From contig CAJFCJ010000006.1 of assembly GCA_904063045.1 (NCBI GenBank), forward strand, positions 2,842,946 through 2,906,945: a stretch of 64,000 nt of DNA, written 5' to 3'. Below are positions 26,154-44,394 of this stretch, in pieces. The DNA is from Dimorphilus gyrociliatus (lineage: Eukaryota > Animalia > Annelida). The translations under genes and the position numbers were made by a program. Positions within the stretch are counted from its first letter, which is position 1. Each line of letters starts with the position of its first letter. The notes below the pieces were generated by a model that made no database searches, was not told the DNA's origin, and saw only the letters and a program-made list of their open reading frames with translations.

Positions 26154-26789
26154 ACAAAGTATTTTGCCTACGTTCCTATCATCCTTTCAAGAAGAGCCAA
26201 TCAGCAGCCTCTAATTATTTTTACATTTTTATTTCGCCTATCCCTTTATCTTTTTTGTTGTTGTTGTTCTTCTAGGTTCTTTTTTTCTATTGTCTTCCGT
26301 TAAAAGTATTATCTAGTAAAAGAGAGAAAGAGTGATGATGATTTAAGCGAAAAAAAGAGAAAGAAACCGCCCTAAAGATAATAAATTAGAGCAGTCATTT
26401 CTTATTGTTTTTTTTTATATCTTCTATTTTTATTATCTGTAATTTTGTTTGTTTGTCATATAAAAATTATTGCATTATTTTGATGAAAAAATGAAAAAGA
26501 AAGAAGAAAAAAACTAACGACATCTAGTGGTTGTATTTGATAGGAAAACACATATTAAGTTATTTTTTTGCTTTAACATTACAATATGCGCATAGTTTTC
26601 ACTTAAAGAATATGTAAAAATAAGTCTATTTAACAGGCGTAATGATTAAATAATTGTTTAGTACAGCATTTCTAATAAAACAAACAATCAAACATTTAGA
26701 ATTCCTAATGACAATAAAAAAATGTAAAGATTACTACATTTGTAAATAGTATTACTATAAAATAGGGAAAACAGAAATAACAAAGAAAA

Positions 26790-29700
26790 CTAAGCTTTCG
26801 TATGATTATTATCGCCATTACCATTCAATTCTTTCATCTCTTCTCCTCCGTCTTCTTTATTTGATGGAGGACCGTTTGGATCTGGCTTATTTCTTGTTTT
26901 AAGATAGATTACCACAAGGAAAACAAGAGCTAAGAACATGAAAGTTATAGTAATGCCGTGAAGGTAGTATCTAAAATATGGAGCATTGTATTTAAGGCAC
27001 ACATTTTTACCATCTCCGCAATCGGGAGCCAATAATATACATGTTGTATCAATAGCTCGACCGTAAAGGATAGGCGCAATCATTGTCGCAAATAAGCTAG
27101 TAGCTATATTGTTTAAGCCTAAAGCCAACGATTTCTGCTTTTGCATTACGGATCTATAAATAAAAAGAACAATATGTAATCTGTATCTTAGTTTGCGGTA
27201 AACTTACCGGATAACCATGGAAATAATAGGTGATTGACCAAGACAAATTGAAAATGTTGATATGAAGATAACGATTGTATATGGAATCAAAAGAGGACAG
27301 CTCCTTTTGCAAAAGCCACTTTTAAGATTCTTATTGGGTCCTTCAACGCAAGTACAATTCGTATATATCTGTATGGAGTTAATAAACCATAAATAATATA
27401 TCTATCAAGATAATAATTGTATTTTATTCATTTAATCTTACTATCTCTGGGCCTTTTTCTCCTTTACTATAGCTGACGATATCAGAACATCCCGCATGGC
27501 AGGGGGAATAAAATAATTGTTTATTATCTTCACTGCAAACTGGAGTGAAAATATCTGTGCAATTACAGCTGCTTTGGCAAGTGTCGTATGGTGGAATTTG
27601 TCTGTTTTTTTCATAATAAAAAATTTTAATGAATAGAGAAAAAAGATAAAAACTGAGTATAATAACAAGTTTGCTTGTGGTGGTGTTGCCAGCTCTGACG
27701 GTTCACAACCAAGAAACATAGATATCACAAAGCATACAACTCCAGTGAAACAACCGAAAACGATAAGTTTAGCGGAGCCAGAAATGTCTAGGCCTCTGGC
27801 TGAAACAATCCAGCCACCGACAAAGGTACCAGCAGCTATCGAACCAGCCATAGCAATTGCTGAAATATTTGTCAATCATTTATAAATGTATATATAAACT
27901 ATTGCTTATAATTTTTACATGTAATAATGTTTGCCATGTTTGCTCCCAATGCGAATTGATCTTCAATATATTTAGGCAAAAATGTCATAACACCCCCAGC
28001 CAAATACGACATACAAATCATAACCATAGTGGCGCTAAGATAAACGACTATAAAGATAAAGTTTACATTATTAATTCATTAACAATATTGAAATTTATCA
28101 TTTAGTTTACCATTTTTGAATAGGCTTGGAACTTTTTCTTGTAAATCTGTTCGTTTAGAAGAAACATTAATTTTACATTAGCTATAAGATAACAATCGTT
28201 TCTTTACCTTTCACATCACTGATTTCACTAACTCTCCTTTGCAGAGCTTGACGCATTTTTTCGGCTGTAGTCTTTTCCGAGTCAATATGAGATTCAGTAA
28301 CTGTTACTGGTTTTCTTAAATGTCTGGGGAACAGGAGAAGAGGTAAAGCGGCTAGAAGCATAAAGGACTGCAGAACAAGCGATCCTAGCCAATAAGCACC
28401 TATCCACTCAGGATCACTTGGCTTTAGATTAGTGGCTGCGAGAAATTTTACCAATAGAATTGAACATTATACACTTAAAAACACCAAACAAGATACTCAC
28501 GTCCTAAATCAACGTATAAACTAGTGAATGTGGCACCCAATAGGAAGCCAGCTATAGCTCCCAACATGGCAACACTCATGACAATGGCAACGTACAAAGA
28601 AGAAGTTTGCGGATCTGTGTTGTCGTCGATATACGTAAAGCTGACAGTGACGTAAGGAGCCAAGCCAGCGCCGATAAAACATTGGGATAGGATGAAAAGG
28701 ACAAGGGCTGTTGTAGACTCGTTTGATGACGTGTCAACGCCGTTAGCTGCTGATTTATTCGCTATTAATTCACAGGTGCTTGCTCCCAAGCTGGAGTTCG
28801 ACAAGCACACTCCTAACTCTGAGAGTGGAGGAATTATTTCGCTTAAATTGCCTGCTTCTACTACAGTAGCTTCAGGCTTTGGTCCAGGTCCGAAAATGAA
28901 ATGAGGAAGAGCCCACAGAAGAGATGCAGTAACAGTCAATAAGGCACCAACGAATAGAGAACGTGGTTTATGAACTCTATGACCAAAAACGGAAAAGAAA
29001 GCCAAAAGTATTAAATGACCCACATCTGCGCTAGCAGCTATGACACCGTTCATAACTGTTTGAAAACCGAATCTTCTTTGCAGGGTCGTAAGAAGGGAAA
29101 ATCGAATAGTAACATCAGTTGTGACGAGGAAGCCCAGAATAACAAGAATGCCAACGTATAGTTTCAATGTTATATACTTTCTAAAACCCTGTTTAGGTTC
29201 TTCTTCAACCTCTCCATGTTGTCCGCCATCCAATTGGGAATAAGAGCTGGCAATACTCTGATGACTGGTTGCCAAACCGGAAACTTTAATTTTGTCTTCA
29301 TTTTCAGTTTTAATCCTCAGTGCTCTGATAAATAAAGCATCCAATAAAAGTTGGACATAAAAAGCCTTACTATTCAATTATTTTAGTATATCACCTAGAA
29401 ATACTCGAAAAATTATTCACTAAATCAATATATTTACTACTTCAATCTATAAAAAATGAACGTTTACTTTTTAACACTCTACTTTCAAATGTTTTAATAT
29501 TTTGCATATCTACGACAATATAGGACTATTTAGACCTACATAACTTTAATGAATAATTAGGCAAATCAATTGTTTAATGAAAAATAAAATAAAGAAAAAG
29601 AATTTTAAAAAAGAAATCTTTTTTTTTAATAAAAAAAAAAGATTTTGATAAAGAATTGAAGAGGAAAAAATGATTTTAGAAAGAGCTTACTAAATAGTAT

Positions 29701-30796
29701 GAGGTCAAGTTTGATTTACGACTTGTACCGTAAAAAATCCTTTATACTAGGCTATAAACTAGCATAAAGAGTTTACTGGCTTGTTTGCATAAACGTACTT
29801 GAAATAGTTTAAAATTACACCTATATATATTTTTTGAAAGAGTAAAATACATCCCAATCATTTCTCATCTCCTTTTACATAATTTATTAGTCATTTTAAT
29901 ACATATTTCATATACTAAAAAGAGAACAATTGTGCATAAAAATCATCTAACTATTCCAAGATCGTTAAAATTTTATTACGATTTAGAGATTTAAGTATTA
30001 TTAACAAACTAAAAAAGAAAATAAAATTGAAGAACAATTGAACATAAATCATTGGCAGTTCTTTAAATGATAATAATCTTTAAATATTCTTCTGTCATTT
30101 AATTGCATCTAATATTACGCTTTTAGTAAGTAAAACACGTGCCAAAGTTATAAATATATCATATATATAAAGTATATAATGTAATTGTTAACTATATGAA
30201 ATTGTGTTCTTTTATATAAGGGAAAGGAAAGAGAATAAATTTAAATAAACTTATAAGCCTAATTATTCTTTTTCAATTCATTAAAAAGTTTCAAAACTAT
30301 CGAATTCTCTATTTTTATCTCTAATTATGGAATTTTTTTTTCTACAACTTTATCAATTTTGTTTTCTTTTTTTTTTCTTTAAAAAAAAAAAAGAACTATA
30401 TTATACAAGTTATTGCTTTAAGTAATTCACTTTTGAGAAGAGTTTGTTCAACCTACACAAATATACTTAAATATACAAAAAGTACGAAAGAGTAAACATA
30501 AAATTGGGATTAAATTTTGTTATCTATGTTATCTACCTGAGTAAAAATGGTCAATTATTGATTGATTGTAAACATAGACATAATATACAGTTTATACATT
30601 AAACTGGAATATATATATTTATATATAAACGAACGAAAAGAGCGGGAAACTATTTTCAATATAATGAAAATGATTTTAATAAGATAGATCATCCTTAAAA
30701 AAACCTCTCATTGTAGAGATTAGATTGTTTAGATTATTTAACAAAGAATTAGACAAATAATACTTACTCAACAGATGCTGACAAGGCCCTATTCAT
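26790..30796 (-). CDS. Organic anion transporting polypeptide (OATP/SLCO family); multi-exon, start exon at 30768-30796
   Basis: TTLQRRFG, HKPR..FVGA, ALPHFIFGP, TYIDDNT, DPEWIGAYWLG, Kazal-like PVCSEDNKQLFYSPCHAGC and PILYGRAIDTTC motifs. Start exon MNRALSASV-GA|GTAAGT is phase 2, matching the acceptor at ~29325; the ORF-track N-terminus is intronic. Confidence 0.9.
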
Positions 30797-30929
30797 TGTT
30801 AATTACTTTTGCTTTAGCAGAGTCGTATCGGCTGTAAAATGGCAAATGGCAGCGACGCGGTCTTACTCTCAGTTTTAACAAGGGCCGAACGGCTATAAAT
30901 TTCTATTTGTAGGCCTGTTTAGAAAAAGT

Positions 30930-30947
30930 CAGTGGCGGATCCAGGAT
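30930..30947 (+). mobile_element. Possible hAT-type DNA transposon/MITE terminus
   Basis: CAGTGGCGGATCCAGGAT resembles hAT-Tip100-like MITE ends; only a decayed possible partner (CTGGATTCACCCATA, 31591-31605) and no 8-bp TSD. Confidence 0.25.
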
Positions 30948-32675
30948 ATATCAAAATATTCAATTCTTTTCCTCATAATCCTATATCTCCCCTTGTCTAA
31001 CTTCCATCTTTCTCCAGCAGTATTTGTAACCGAGTTGTTCATTGGACAATTTCGAATTGCAGAAGTTTTGCAGCGGAGCAGTTAGTATTTACTACACGTA
31101 AAAAAATTGTGTATACAGTAGATAAAGCGAGCTGATGGATGGTTCTTTTAGTAATTGATCTAATTCGCTTATCAAATATGCATAGATGTTGGAAAAAAAC
31201 GACAAAAATATATTATCCTCCAATGCATTTAACTTGTTTAATATTATTGTTTAAAATTATTAACACAAAGATTGACTTTTTAGAATACCTACTCTAATAT
31301 GTACACAACCTGTACAGGATACGGACAAATTACTATAGGCCCATTATTTCCAAATACAACTCTACCTAATACTTTATGTCTATTAAACCAAGTCATAACA
31401 AATAATAAATGCGCTATTTAATAAAAAGTATCTTAATATTTTCTTCATTTTTATTATTATTATTAGAGATTTTTAATCAAATTTCTGCAATGAAATAAAG
31501 AAATTGAAGATACTTGAATAGTTTAAAAAAAAAAAAGAAATTCCTGCCATACTCCTCATTCAAAACCCAAAAATTAATCATAAAAAATATCTGGATTCAC
31601 CCATAAAATATAATTTATATGATATAACTGAATTATTATCCTACTTCTTTAGGTAATAAAGTTATTTTTGTAACATTCTATGAAAGAGATAAATGAATAT
31701 GGCATTCTTTTTTTTTTAGTTCAAATATCTGATTTAACTAATCCAGTTGTTAATCGATATAAGTTAAAGTTATAGTTATTACTCAAAAAATATGTTATAT
31801 ACATATATATATATATATTTATTTATTGAATGCTTAAAACAGCAAACAATAAAAAGAAAAAAAAGTAAGGCAAGGTTGATGGAGTGGGTTTAAAAAGGCG
31901 AACTAATCGACATTTTGTTTATAAAATAACTTAAGTTTATATTTAAAATTTAGCGTATTTTATTTTCTATAGTCTATAATTTACTACAAATATATAAATA
32001 TTTAATGTATCTTATTACATGATCTTTGTGTTGTATTCTTAAGTAAGAGTTTCCGTCAATAAATATCATATACATTTATAAAGTTAGAAAATTAATCGAG
32101 CTACTTATTGTTCAGTATTTAACTGGTAATTAAGCTATTTTTTATTTTAAAAAAATGAAAGATAACCCATTAAGTTACTTCGTAGGTCAATTATATCATA
32201 TATTTAAGGTATTTTTATTAAGTAACTGACACTTTTATTATTATAATCCTCGAGTTAAGAAACTTTTAAGTTGATTTTAAAATGAAATTTTATAGATATT
32301 TTGGATAGGAGAGGAAAAAATTTCTGAATTAGTTCGGTGATTTGTTAAAGTTGTAAATTATTCAAATAGCTCGGTTAGCCTTTTTATTTTATCTTACAAT
32401 TGTTTAAAAAAACTATATAATGATAATACAGTTGTTACTAGTTAATAAAATTCGTAAAGTTCGTCATTATCTCTATTTTCCTCTGTCTTACCTTTTTTTT
32501 ATGTGAAAAATAGTAAAGGTACATATTTTCTAAACACATCGTAAAATCTGTACGTAAGTTGGTAAATATACTAAAAACATTAGCGTATGAATTGAAAAAA
32601 GAAAATTCCTTCTTTATTTCTTTATGAAAATTTTTGTTTGATACGATTATTGAATTGATCAAGTAAAACAATATA

Positions 32676-33147
32676 TTAATTTTGGGGTTTCTTTACAGCA
32701 ATTTTTTCTAAAATTTCACTCTTATTTGAGAAATTATGCTGACAATTAGAGTATGCCATTCCTAGGCCTATTCCGGCTCCAAATATAATTGGCCAAGGGC
32801 GTCCTGTAAAATAAAACATCTCGATGTCAAAATAGTCATTAGTGATATGATATATTACTTACGTCGGAAGAATATGACGGAAAATACTACTCCTAAACCG
32901 ACTCCTCCAGCTGTAAAAAAAAACAACTTATCAGAAAAATCAGGGATGAGCGATAATACATGTAAGGCGTTTGGAGGAATATTAAAAATAAAATATTTAC
33001 TGATAACAAGGAGTTATAAACAAAGCAAATAGACATATTTAATAAGTAGGTCATCGAAAATTACTAACCAACTTTAATCCCGGCATCACTTAGGCATCTA
33101 TCCCACTTTCTACCCAAAACATCTTCCGACCGAATGTTAGATGCCAT
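32676..33147 (-). CDS. MICOS10: MICOS complex subunit Mic10; 3 exons (33147-33069, 32910-32863, 32803-32676); not in the ORF track
   Basis: Spliced: MASNIRSEDVLGRKWDRCLSDAGIKVAGGVGLGVVFSVIFFRRRPWPIIFGAGIGLGMAYSNCQHNF...KKPQN*; GxGxGxG and WDRC motifs diagnostic. Confidence 0.93.
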
Positions 33148-34226
33148 TTTTTCCTGTATATTTCGCCTATATGAAAGAGTTAATGAAAATATCCCACTTT
33201 GAACAATTAAACTTTACTAGAAAATGATTTGACAATAAATGATATATAAAGTAAAGTTATTATTAAGAAAAGCCTAATTAATTAACATAGAAATTGATAT
33301 TCTAAATAAAAGAATACTTTATCTTTGAGCTACCTTGTTCTCTTTTTTTAACAAAAGGAAGCCTAGATAATTTTAAATTTAACACTACTCATATTCAATA
33401 TAAAACTACAGGTTTTTAAAGATTACAACAACTACTGTAGTAAAAATAAAAATATAGAGTTAAATATATGAATATGAATGAAACTAATCCCAATAAATCA
33501 GTAAAGAATAAGAATATTATTTCTATCAACTTTCTAGTTGAATAGCATAAATAAAAAGTTAAATTAGGGCGAAATGGAAAATAAAATGGGAATGTGGAAA
33601 GTAAAATACTTGAAAATAATAAAATAAGTGCAAACTTCAATCCCGTTGTTGTCTGTTTTCTTTTCCAAACATTTTATCTTATAAACTTCTACAATTGTGA
33701 CAAAAACCAGTTATTCATACAACTACTTGTATCAATTAACTCTAACACTGTTGAAAAATCGCTCTCTTATACAGTTCAATGTTTACTGGATAAGCTTTAT
33801 TACTTGAGAATACAATTAAAAACAAATTCTTGTGCATTTGTCATGTATATTTGCCAATATGGAAAAAAAAAATATTCCAAAAGCTTTTCAGTATTCACAT
33901 TCTGAATTCAATAATGTATATTTTTGAATTAATACGAAAATATTAATAATTAATAAGTTAACCCCGTATTTCCTGAAAAAAAAGAAAATAGAAAAAATAC
34001 TTAAATAGTAGATATAATAAGCGATGGAATAAAATACAAATAAGATATAATTTCATTTCACTTTTCTATGTGTACATTTACTTAAAGCTAATGAAAAATA
34101 AAATATGTCAAATGAAGAGAAAAGAAAAGTCTATTATATCAATTTGTTTTATGGCGGTTTTTTTCATATGATATTTCGGCAGAAATTCCTCTCTTTCTTC
34201 TAAAGAACACTTCTGTTTTCAAGTTT

Positions 34227-35430
34227 TTACTCAACAACAATTGTTGTAATTCTCCTAGAACTTGGATACATCATAAAAAGTAGCAGTTGGATAGCACTTA
34301 AAATAGTTCCTAAAGCATTTGGCGTCTGCAAAAATAGTTTTAGGGTTTAAAATTTGCATTCGTCTAAATTAAGTTAAAAAGAGATACTTACAATCACGTA
34401 TGTGTCATTTAAGATATATCCATATACAGTCCATTCTGCGCATACAATAAAATTGGCTAAACTTAAAGGAAATGGCATGCATTCTGTGCTTTTGGTCCTA
34501 ATAACAACAAACTAGAAAGTAAAAAGTTTTAGTTTAGTTATTTATTTTTAAACCTTAAATACAACTTACAACTGCAGATAATGGTGATGCGACATTAATG
34601 ACTGAAAAAGTTGATGCCACTGTACCAAGCATTTGTATAGCTTCATCTTTCACTGTTGCATAGAACTTTATATAAATCAGAATAGGGAATAGTATGACAG
34701 CAGCAAACAAAAGATGACGATATAAGAGAGACTGTCATTAAAAAATATCTATTAATATATATTTATACAGCATACATATGTTCATTAAGTATAAATGTAT
34801 TCGAATAAATAATAGATAAGGTTTTTTTTCAAATCAACACGTGTTAGCTTTCGAAAGAGCCAAATATATCTCACCTTTTGAGGAGTGTGAAAGAAGTAGA
34901 ATGTGATGTAACAGAACCCCAGCATAAATCCTATGCAGTTGGTTAGAGCCAATACTTGATCAGATTTTAATAAGCCATATTTAAACCAAAGTGTTGAGCT
35001 GTTGAAAGACAGTGTATTTAACACAAATTCAACGTTTTGTTTCGCTATGAAAACTTTTTAATAGTCTAGCGAAAACTTAATCCCTAAATATACCTTAGAG
35101 CATGATTTGTTTTAAATCTTAATAAAACATTACATCCCTGAAAAGAATACACTAGATTTCACCCGACTTGTCTATTTTAGCTATATTCTTGATAGTTTCT
35201 TGAATTGAAAACTCACCTACAAAACATACAAACTAGAGGCAAAAATGGCGTGTCTTGACTATTACCCTTCGTATACACTTTACGACATATTGAGCTGAAA
35301 GAACAGAAATTAAATAGCTCAAAATTGGTAATTAAAAGTACACCAATACTAACAATCCGGTTAAAAAGTAACCAATTGTACACGTGGTAACTACCCATTT
35401 GTAAAATTCTAGAAATACTGCATCTGGCAT
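34227..35430 (-). CDS. SLC50A1: SWEET sugar transporter (MtN3/saliva family); multi-exon
   Basis: MPDAVFLEFYKWVVTTCTIGYFLTG...FLPLVCMFC...WFKYGLLKSDQVLALTNCIGF...TPNALGTILSAIQLLLFMMYP; two MtN3 repeats. Confidence 0.9.
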
Positions 35431-35789
35431 TTCAAATTAACAGAAGGTTCTTCTGCTGGACGATATAATGCAGATACTTTGAGTCAATGGCGATTTATAT
35501 AATTTCAAGTAGTATACACGAAAGCGAATTGGTGAGCTATGTAGACATTTAGAACTTCAGTTTACTTGAACAGTTAAAAGCAATAACTCCACAGATTTGT
35601 TACCGTTTTCACAGAATATAGTTACACATAATACACGTAAACAAAGTTAACCAATCAGTTACTGATCGGTTCAAATATATTTAGCATTACCCAATGTTTT
35701 ACATTTAGACATACCAAACTTCCGGTGACGTCGCTCTACTGTTTAGAAATTTTCTATACTTTCTATATACAGCTATTATTTGATTTGCA
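35431..35789. promoter_or_regulatory. Bidirectional promoter between SLC50A1 and SPCS1
   Basis: Divergent ATGs 360 bp apart; ETS+CRE composite ACTTCCGGTGACGTC (~35719-35733); CCAAT boxes. Confidence 0.6.
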
Positions 35790-36333
35790 ATGTCCCTCAA
35801 TTTTGATTTTGTCATTAGTCTCTTACCCGAAAGGGTAAAGAAAATTCCGATTCATATGGTGAGATAAATTTGTATATACTTTTGAGTATTTTTTAAATGT
35901 TGCATCTCATATTTGCTATATACTTTTATTATCGCTCATCGCAGGATTTTGATGGTCAACGTCGTGCTGAAAGACTATTTCAAGTTATCTTAGTTCTCTT
36001 TGGAGTAAGTGTTAGAGCTTTAATGAGACAGATTCAAATTAAAAAATGATTTGATCCTTAGGTTGTTGGATTTATCTGGGGCTACATATGCCAGCAATTC
36101 TCTCAGACCGTATATATCCTAATCGCTGGATTTGTTTTGTCTTGCATTGTTTGTATACTTTATACATATTAAAACTAAAGAAAACATTCTAATTTTGACA
36201 ATTTATGCCATTATAGCTTACATTACCACCATGGCCTCTCTACCGTCGTAAACCCGTAAAATGGTTGAAAATAGGCGCCAAAGAACGTCAAGCGAAAACT
36301 ACTGAAACTCGTCAAAATAAAAGAAGAAAGTAA
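35790..36333 (+). CDS. SPCS1: Signal peptidase complex subunit 1 (SPC12); 4 exons; not in the ORF track
   Basis: Spliced: MSLNFDFVISLLPERVKKIPIHM|DFDGQRRAERLFQVILVLFG|VVGFIWGYICQQFSQTVYILIAGFVLSCI|LTLPPWPLYRRKPVKW...RRK*; all junctions GT-AG, phase 0. Confidence 0.93.
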
Positions 36334-36761
36334 ACTAGCTGTTATGAAAAATAATTGTCATTTTCAATCTTTAATTTCCTTCGTTAGCTTGTGAAAATTA
36401 AAACAAAGACAGATATTGTAATATTTAAATAAATGTATGAAATATTCTTGTTACATTTGATTCGAATCAAGTAAGATGTAAAATTAGTTTCGTCAATTAA
36501 TCTTCTTTAGAGAGATTACTAAGAAGTAAAATTTCGGATTATATAAAATGCAATTGCAAGCTCAGTGGGCTATCTTCTAATTAGATTAAATCTTTATCCA
36601 AAAACCAATCACCTTTCTACAGACTCCTAGTATATCTTTCCCACTGTTGTATAAGGCAATTTCTTTAAAAGATCTTCTATCTTTCTTAATATATGTTAAT
36701 ACAATACACTCAGTTTCTCAGTTAGAAAGTATTTGTTTGGTGTTCATTTAAGGAAGTACTA

Positions 36762-37898
36762 ATGAATTTAACAAAACTTAGAGGAGCGGCTCTGCTCGCC
36801 TCATTTACTGGTGTCTTGGCTTTTAGAAATCGTTACAGATATCATAAAACAATTCAACCATTGTTGAATGACAAATATGTCCTAATTACTGGTTGTGATA
36901 CCGGAATTGGAAGGTCAGCAATTAATAAATTGTCCGAAGCTGGGTTCCTTGTTTATGCCGCTTGTTTGACAACTGAAGCTGTAAATGATATCAAAAAGGA
37001 GTTCAATGATCAAGTAATACCTTTCGTCATGGATATTTCAAAGGAGGAGAGTGTTCAAGAAGGATATCAGTTTGTCAAATCAACTATGCGTGATGAAAAA
37101 TGTAGAGTAATTTTTGTTTAGTCTTGAGCTTTAAAAACATTAATTGCTACTATCTTTACAGCTTTATGGGCGGTTATAAACAATGCTGGAATTCTCGGTA
37201 AGTTTTGTCCGTTTGATTGGCAAAACAAAGAAGATTACGAGAACACTATCTCCGTCAACTTCTGGGGTAATTTCAACGTTATGAAATCGTTTTTGCCTTT
37301 GCTGAAAAAGAGTAATGGACGACTTATAACAACAACTAGTGCAACTGTTTTATTGCCTCTACCTTTTACTAGTTCCTATCTTGCTTCTAAATTTGCGCTT
37401 GAAGGGCTAGTCGAGTCAACAAGGGAAGAAGTTGAAGATTTTGGTGTTGGAGTCATCAACGTTAGGCCTGGTCTTGTTTGGACAGACATGACAAAAACAA
37501 CAAAAATCAATTGGGAAAAGTCCTGGAAATCTTGTCCTTTAGAAATAAAAAATCAATATGGAAAAGAGTATTATGAAGAAGGTACTTAACAACTTAATAA
37601 ACTATATCTAATATAGATTTCATTTAAGAATAAAAAACAATCTGTTTTCACAGTGCTCAACAATCAGCCAGAAGTACCTGACTTCCTGAAAACCCCACCG
37701 TCATCTGTTGCGGATATTTACGTCAGAGCTGCTACTGCTAAATTCCCAAGAGCAACTTATTTTATTGGCTATGATGCTTATATATACAGATTTTTCAGTC
37801 ATTTTTCACCTGATAATCTTATAAGAAGTTGGTTTATCAAGAAGTTAACATTACTAAAAACTAAACCTAAAGCTGCAATTTCAAACAATGAGAATTAG
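36762..37898 (+). CDS. Short-chain dehydrogenase/reductase, retinol/hydroxysteroid dehydrogenase-like (SDR9C type); 3 exons
   Basis: VLITGCDTGIG (TGxxxGxG), LWAVINNAGI, catalytic YLASK (YxxxK), VRPG, PRATYFIGYDA. Confidence 0.88.
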
Positions 37899-38357
37899 AG
37901 AGAATTAAATTCTCAAATATTTACTCTAAATGTAGTAAACAAATAGTATTTATATATGTTGTACTTTCAATTAGTTTGTATCATATTGTTATTAATCTTA
38001 TGTAGCTAGTATATCGGATTAATTTAAATAAAGGATTAATCACTTTCTCCATAGATATATAATTAATTGAAACATATAAAGCTCAAAGAATATTACGTAT
38101 TAATTACTATAGGAGATTTATATTTCCCTTTGTGTTTAGATTTTAATATATTATTCTTTTTTGAGTACATAAAACACTATTCGTAAAGATTTAGATGATG
38201 GCGCCATTTATGGACACCGCAATAGCCCATGATCAATGGAAACAACTTTTGTTGAAATTCCTGTGAAATTTCCAAGCCATATTTAAAGGAACTATTTTTG
38301 AGCTGTGAGCAATATTTCCGAAAGGAATACAATCCAACCGGCAAAATTGATAGCAAT

Positions 38358-42343
<3,986 letters not shown>

Positions 42344-42577
42344 ACAGGTCACAACAACTTATATTTAATTTTTCTGTCTCATCTGATATTTTATTTATAT
42401 GTTTATCAATTCATTCTCAGTATTAAATGAATAATTGTCCATAGAAGATTTTTTGTTTGTTCGTGATTTTCAAAAGAGTATTTTTTTCAAAATTATTTCT
42501 ATATTAATGAAAAACGAATACAATTTCACTGTATTTTTTTATGAAAAAAGAGAGTTCCAACGGTGAAAATCTATGTT

Positions 42578-43279
42578 CTATAATTCATCTGAAATTATGC
42601 ATGAACAGGCTTTCTCTTGAGAATGTAGGTAAGCTTGACAACCTAAAGCCATAGCACCGGCGTAGAGTAATTGAGAATTTATTAAACAATCTATAAAACA
42701 ACCAAATTTGTTATTGATCATAATATTAACGATATTAAATAATTAGTTACCTGAGCGTTTTTTACTTGATTTTCTTTTACAGGCTTTTTCTATACAATTT
42801 TTAAAATCTTTATCACATTTAGATCTTTTCTTATTACATGTTCCGTAACAGATATCATGGACATCGCAACATTGACTAATTTCTGGCGAGAATACTTCGA
42901 CCTAACGTAATTGATAATTAGCAAAATTATTCATTATTCTTTCACTTATCATTGTAATTTAATGATGGTAGTTTCTTACTTGTATCCCATAAGCTCCACA
43001 ACCATTTGAATGAGCAGTATAACCTCTCCTTGGAACTGTTTTTTGACCTGTTGGAAAACTGTAATTATTAGCAAATTTTAATTATGAGAACTTCTAAAGA
43101 CTTTTACCTCTCGGACATGAGTATGAGCACTTTTCATCAGAAACTTTTCCTCCAATAATTCCAGCTATGTCACCAATAGCTTTCAAGCCCTCTCCCAAAT
43201 TATCACTATTAAAGTGACAATCGGAAGTATAAAAAAAACCCTGAGAGAATCCTATAAAGAACACATGAACCAGTTTCAT
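42578..43279 (-). CDS. PLA2G12A: Group XII secretory phospholipase A2; 4 exons
   Basis: Spliced: CSYSCPR|GQKTVPRRGYTAHSNGCGAYGIQ|...CCDVHDICYGTCNKKRSKCDKDFKNC...|...LGCQAYLHSQEKACSCIISDEL*. Catalytic HD dyad intact, so XIIA-like; C-terminal SDEL. Confidence 0.88.
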
Positions 43280-44394
43280 TATGTAGTTGTTAGACGTGTT
43301 CTTGTTATATTTCCGTTGATCGGTTCCGGGTATTGCGCATGCGTACTTACCGGTAAATAACAAGGTGAAGGTATAAAAGTTAGGCCTATTCGTCTGTCAA
43401 GGTAAGAATAATCTTTTCAAAATAAAAAACCTTTAACTATTGAACTAGTTAATGATGTAATTTTCCAAGTAGTTAAAATGATATAATAATTATCTTTTAC
43501 AAACTATCAGTCCAATCAATCTGAAGAGATTAGTCTCTTTGATATTTAGTATTTTTCATTTATACTATCTCATCATTTCCTCCTTCCTAGAAGTATTGTC
43601 TATATCTAAGGATTCTTTTCAACAAAAATGCTATGTATATTACAATTCTATCGTTCAAACACAAATTAATTAATAGTCTAAATTAGAGACAAATATTCAG
43701 ATAAGTTTCGATAGTGTTAAAGAACAACCCAGCCAATCAGTAAATTTTAAAAAGTTACGCCTTATTGACATAACTAAGCCAAAACTTTTTATTAGTTCCT
43801 TTTTTTTATATTCTTAACATTCCTTATAAGTTTTTTAGGCCTATTTTATACAAATATAGAATATAATAAGAGAAACTATTGAGGAAATTTAGTGTTAATA
43901 ATTAGTTTATATAACATTGAACATCCTAATTGAAAAATATATTGTATACTCAATTAAAGTATAGCGTATCGCAAATTAAAAGAGGATTAGCCTAAGCCTA
44001 TAATAATATATAAGCACATTAGAGTAAGTTTGTAAAATAGCTCTTGTGTGATTCTCTTTAGTAATATATTACTTTATTAATAAATTTAAGATATTTCCAT
44101 TAAACCTACTCTATTTATAAATTCTTTAGTAAACTTATCACTTTTTATACTAGTTACACTAACAAACAAAATTACTTAAATGATAGGTTAAAAGTTCATG
44201 CTAAAAGGAAAAAAAAACAGGTCTTATCTGAAATCTAAGCAAATTTATAATTAATCCTATATTTAAAAACTATTTTACTCAATTCTGCTTTAAATTACAT
44301 ACAATTACTTTTTTTTATATATTTTTTTCAAGCTTGTTCTCTTTTCGTTAAGTAATGTATATTTCAGAGTAGTTACAAGCCCAGTTGGAAAACA

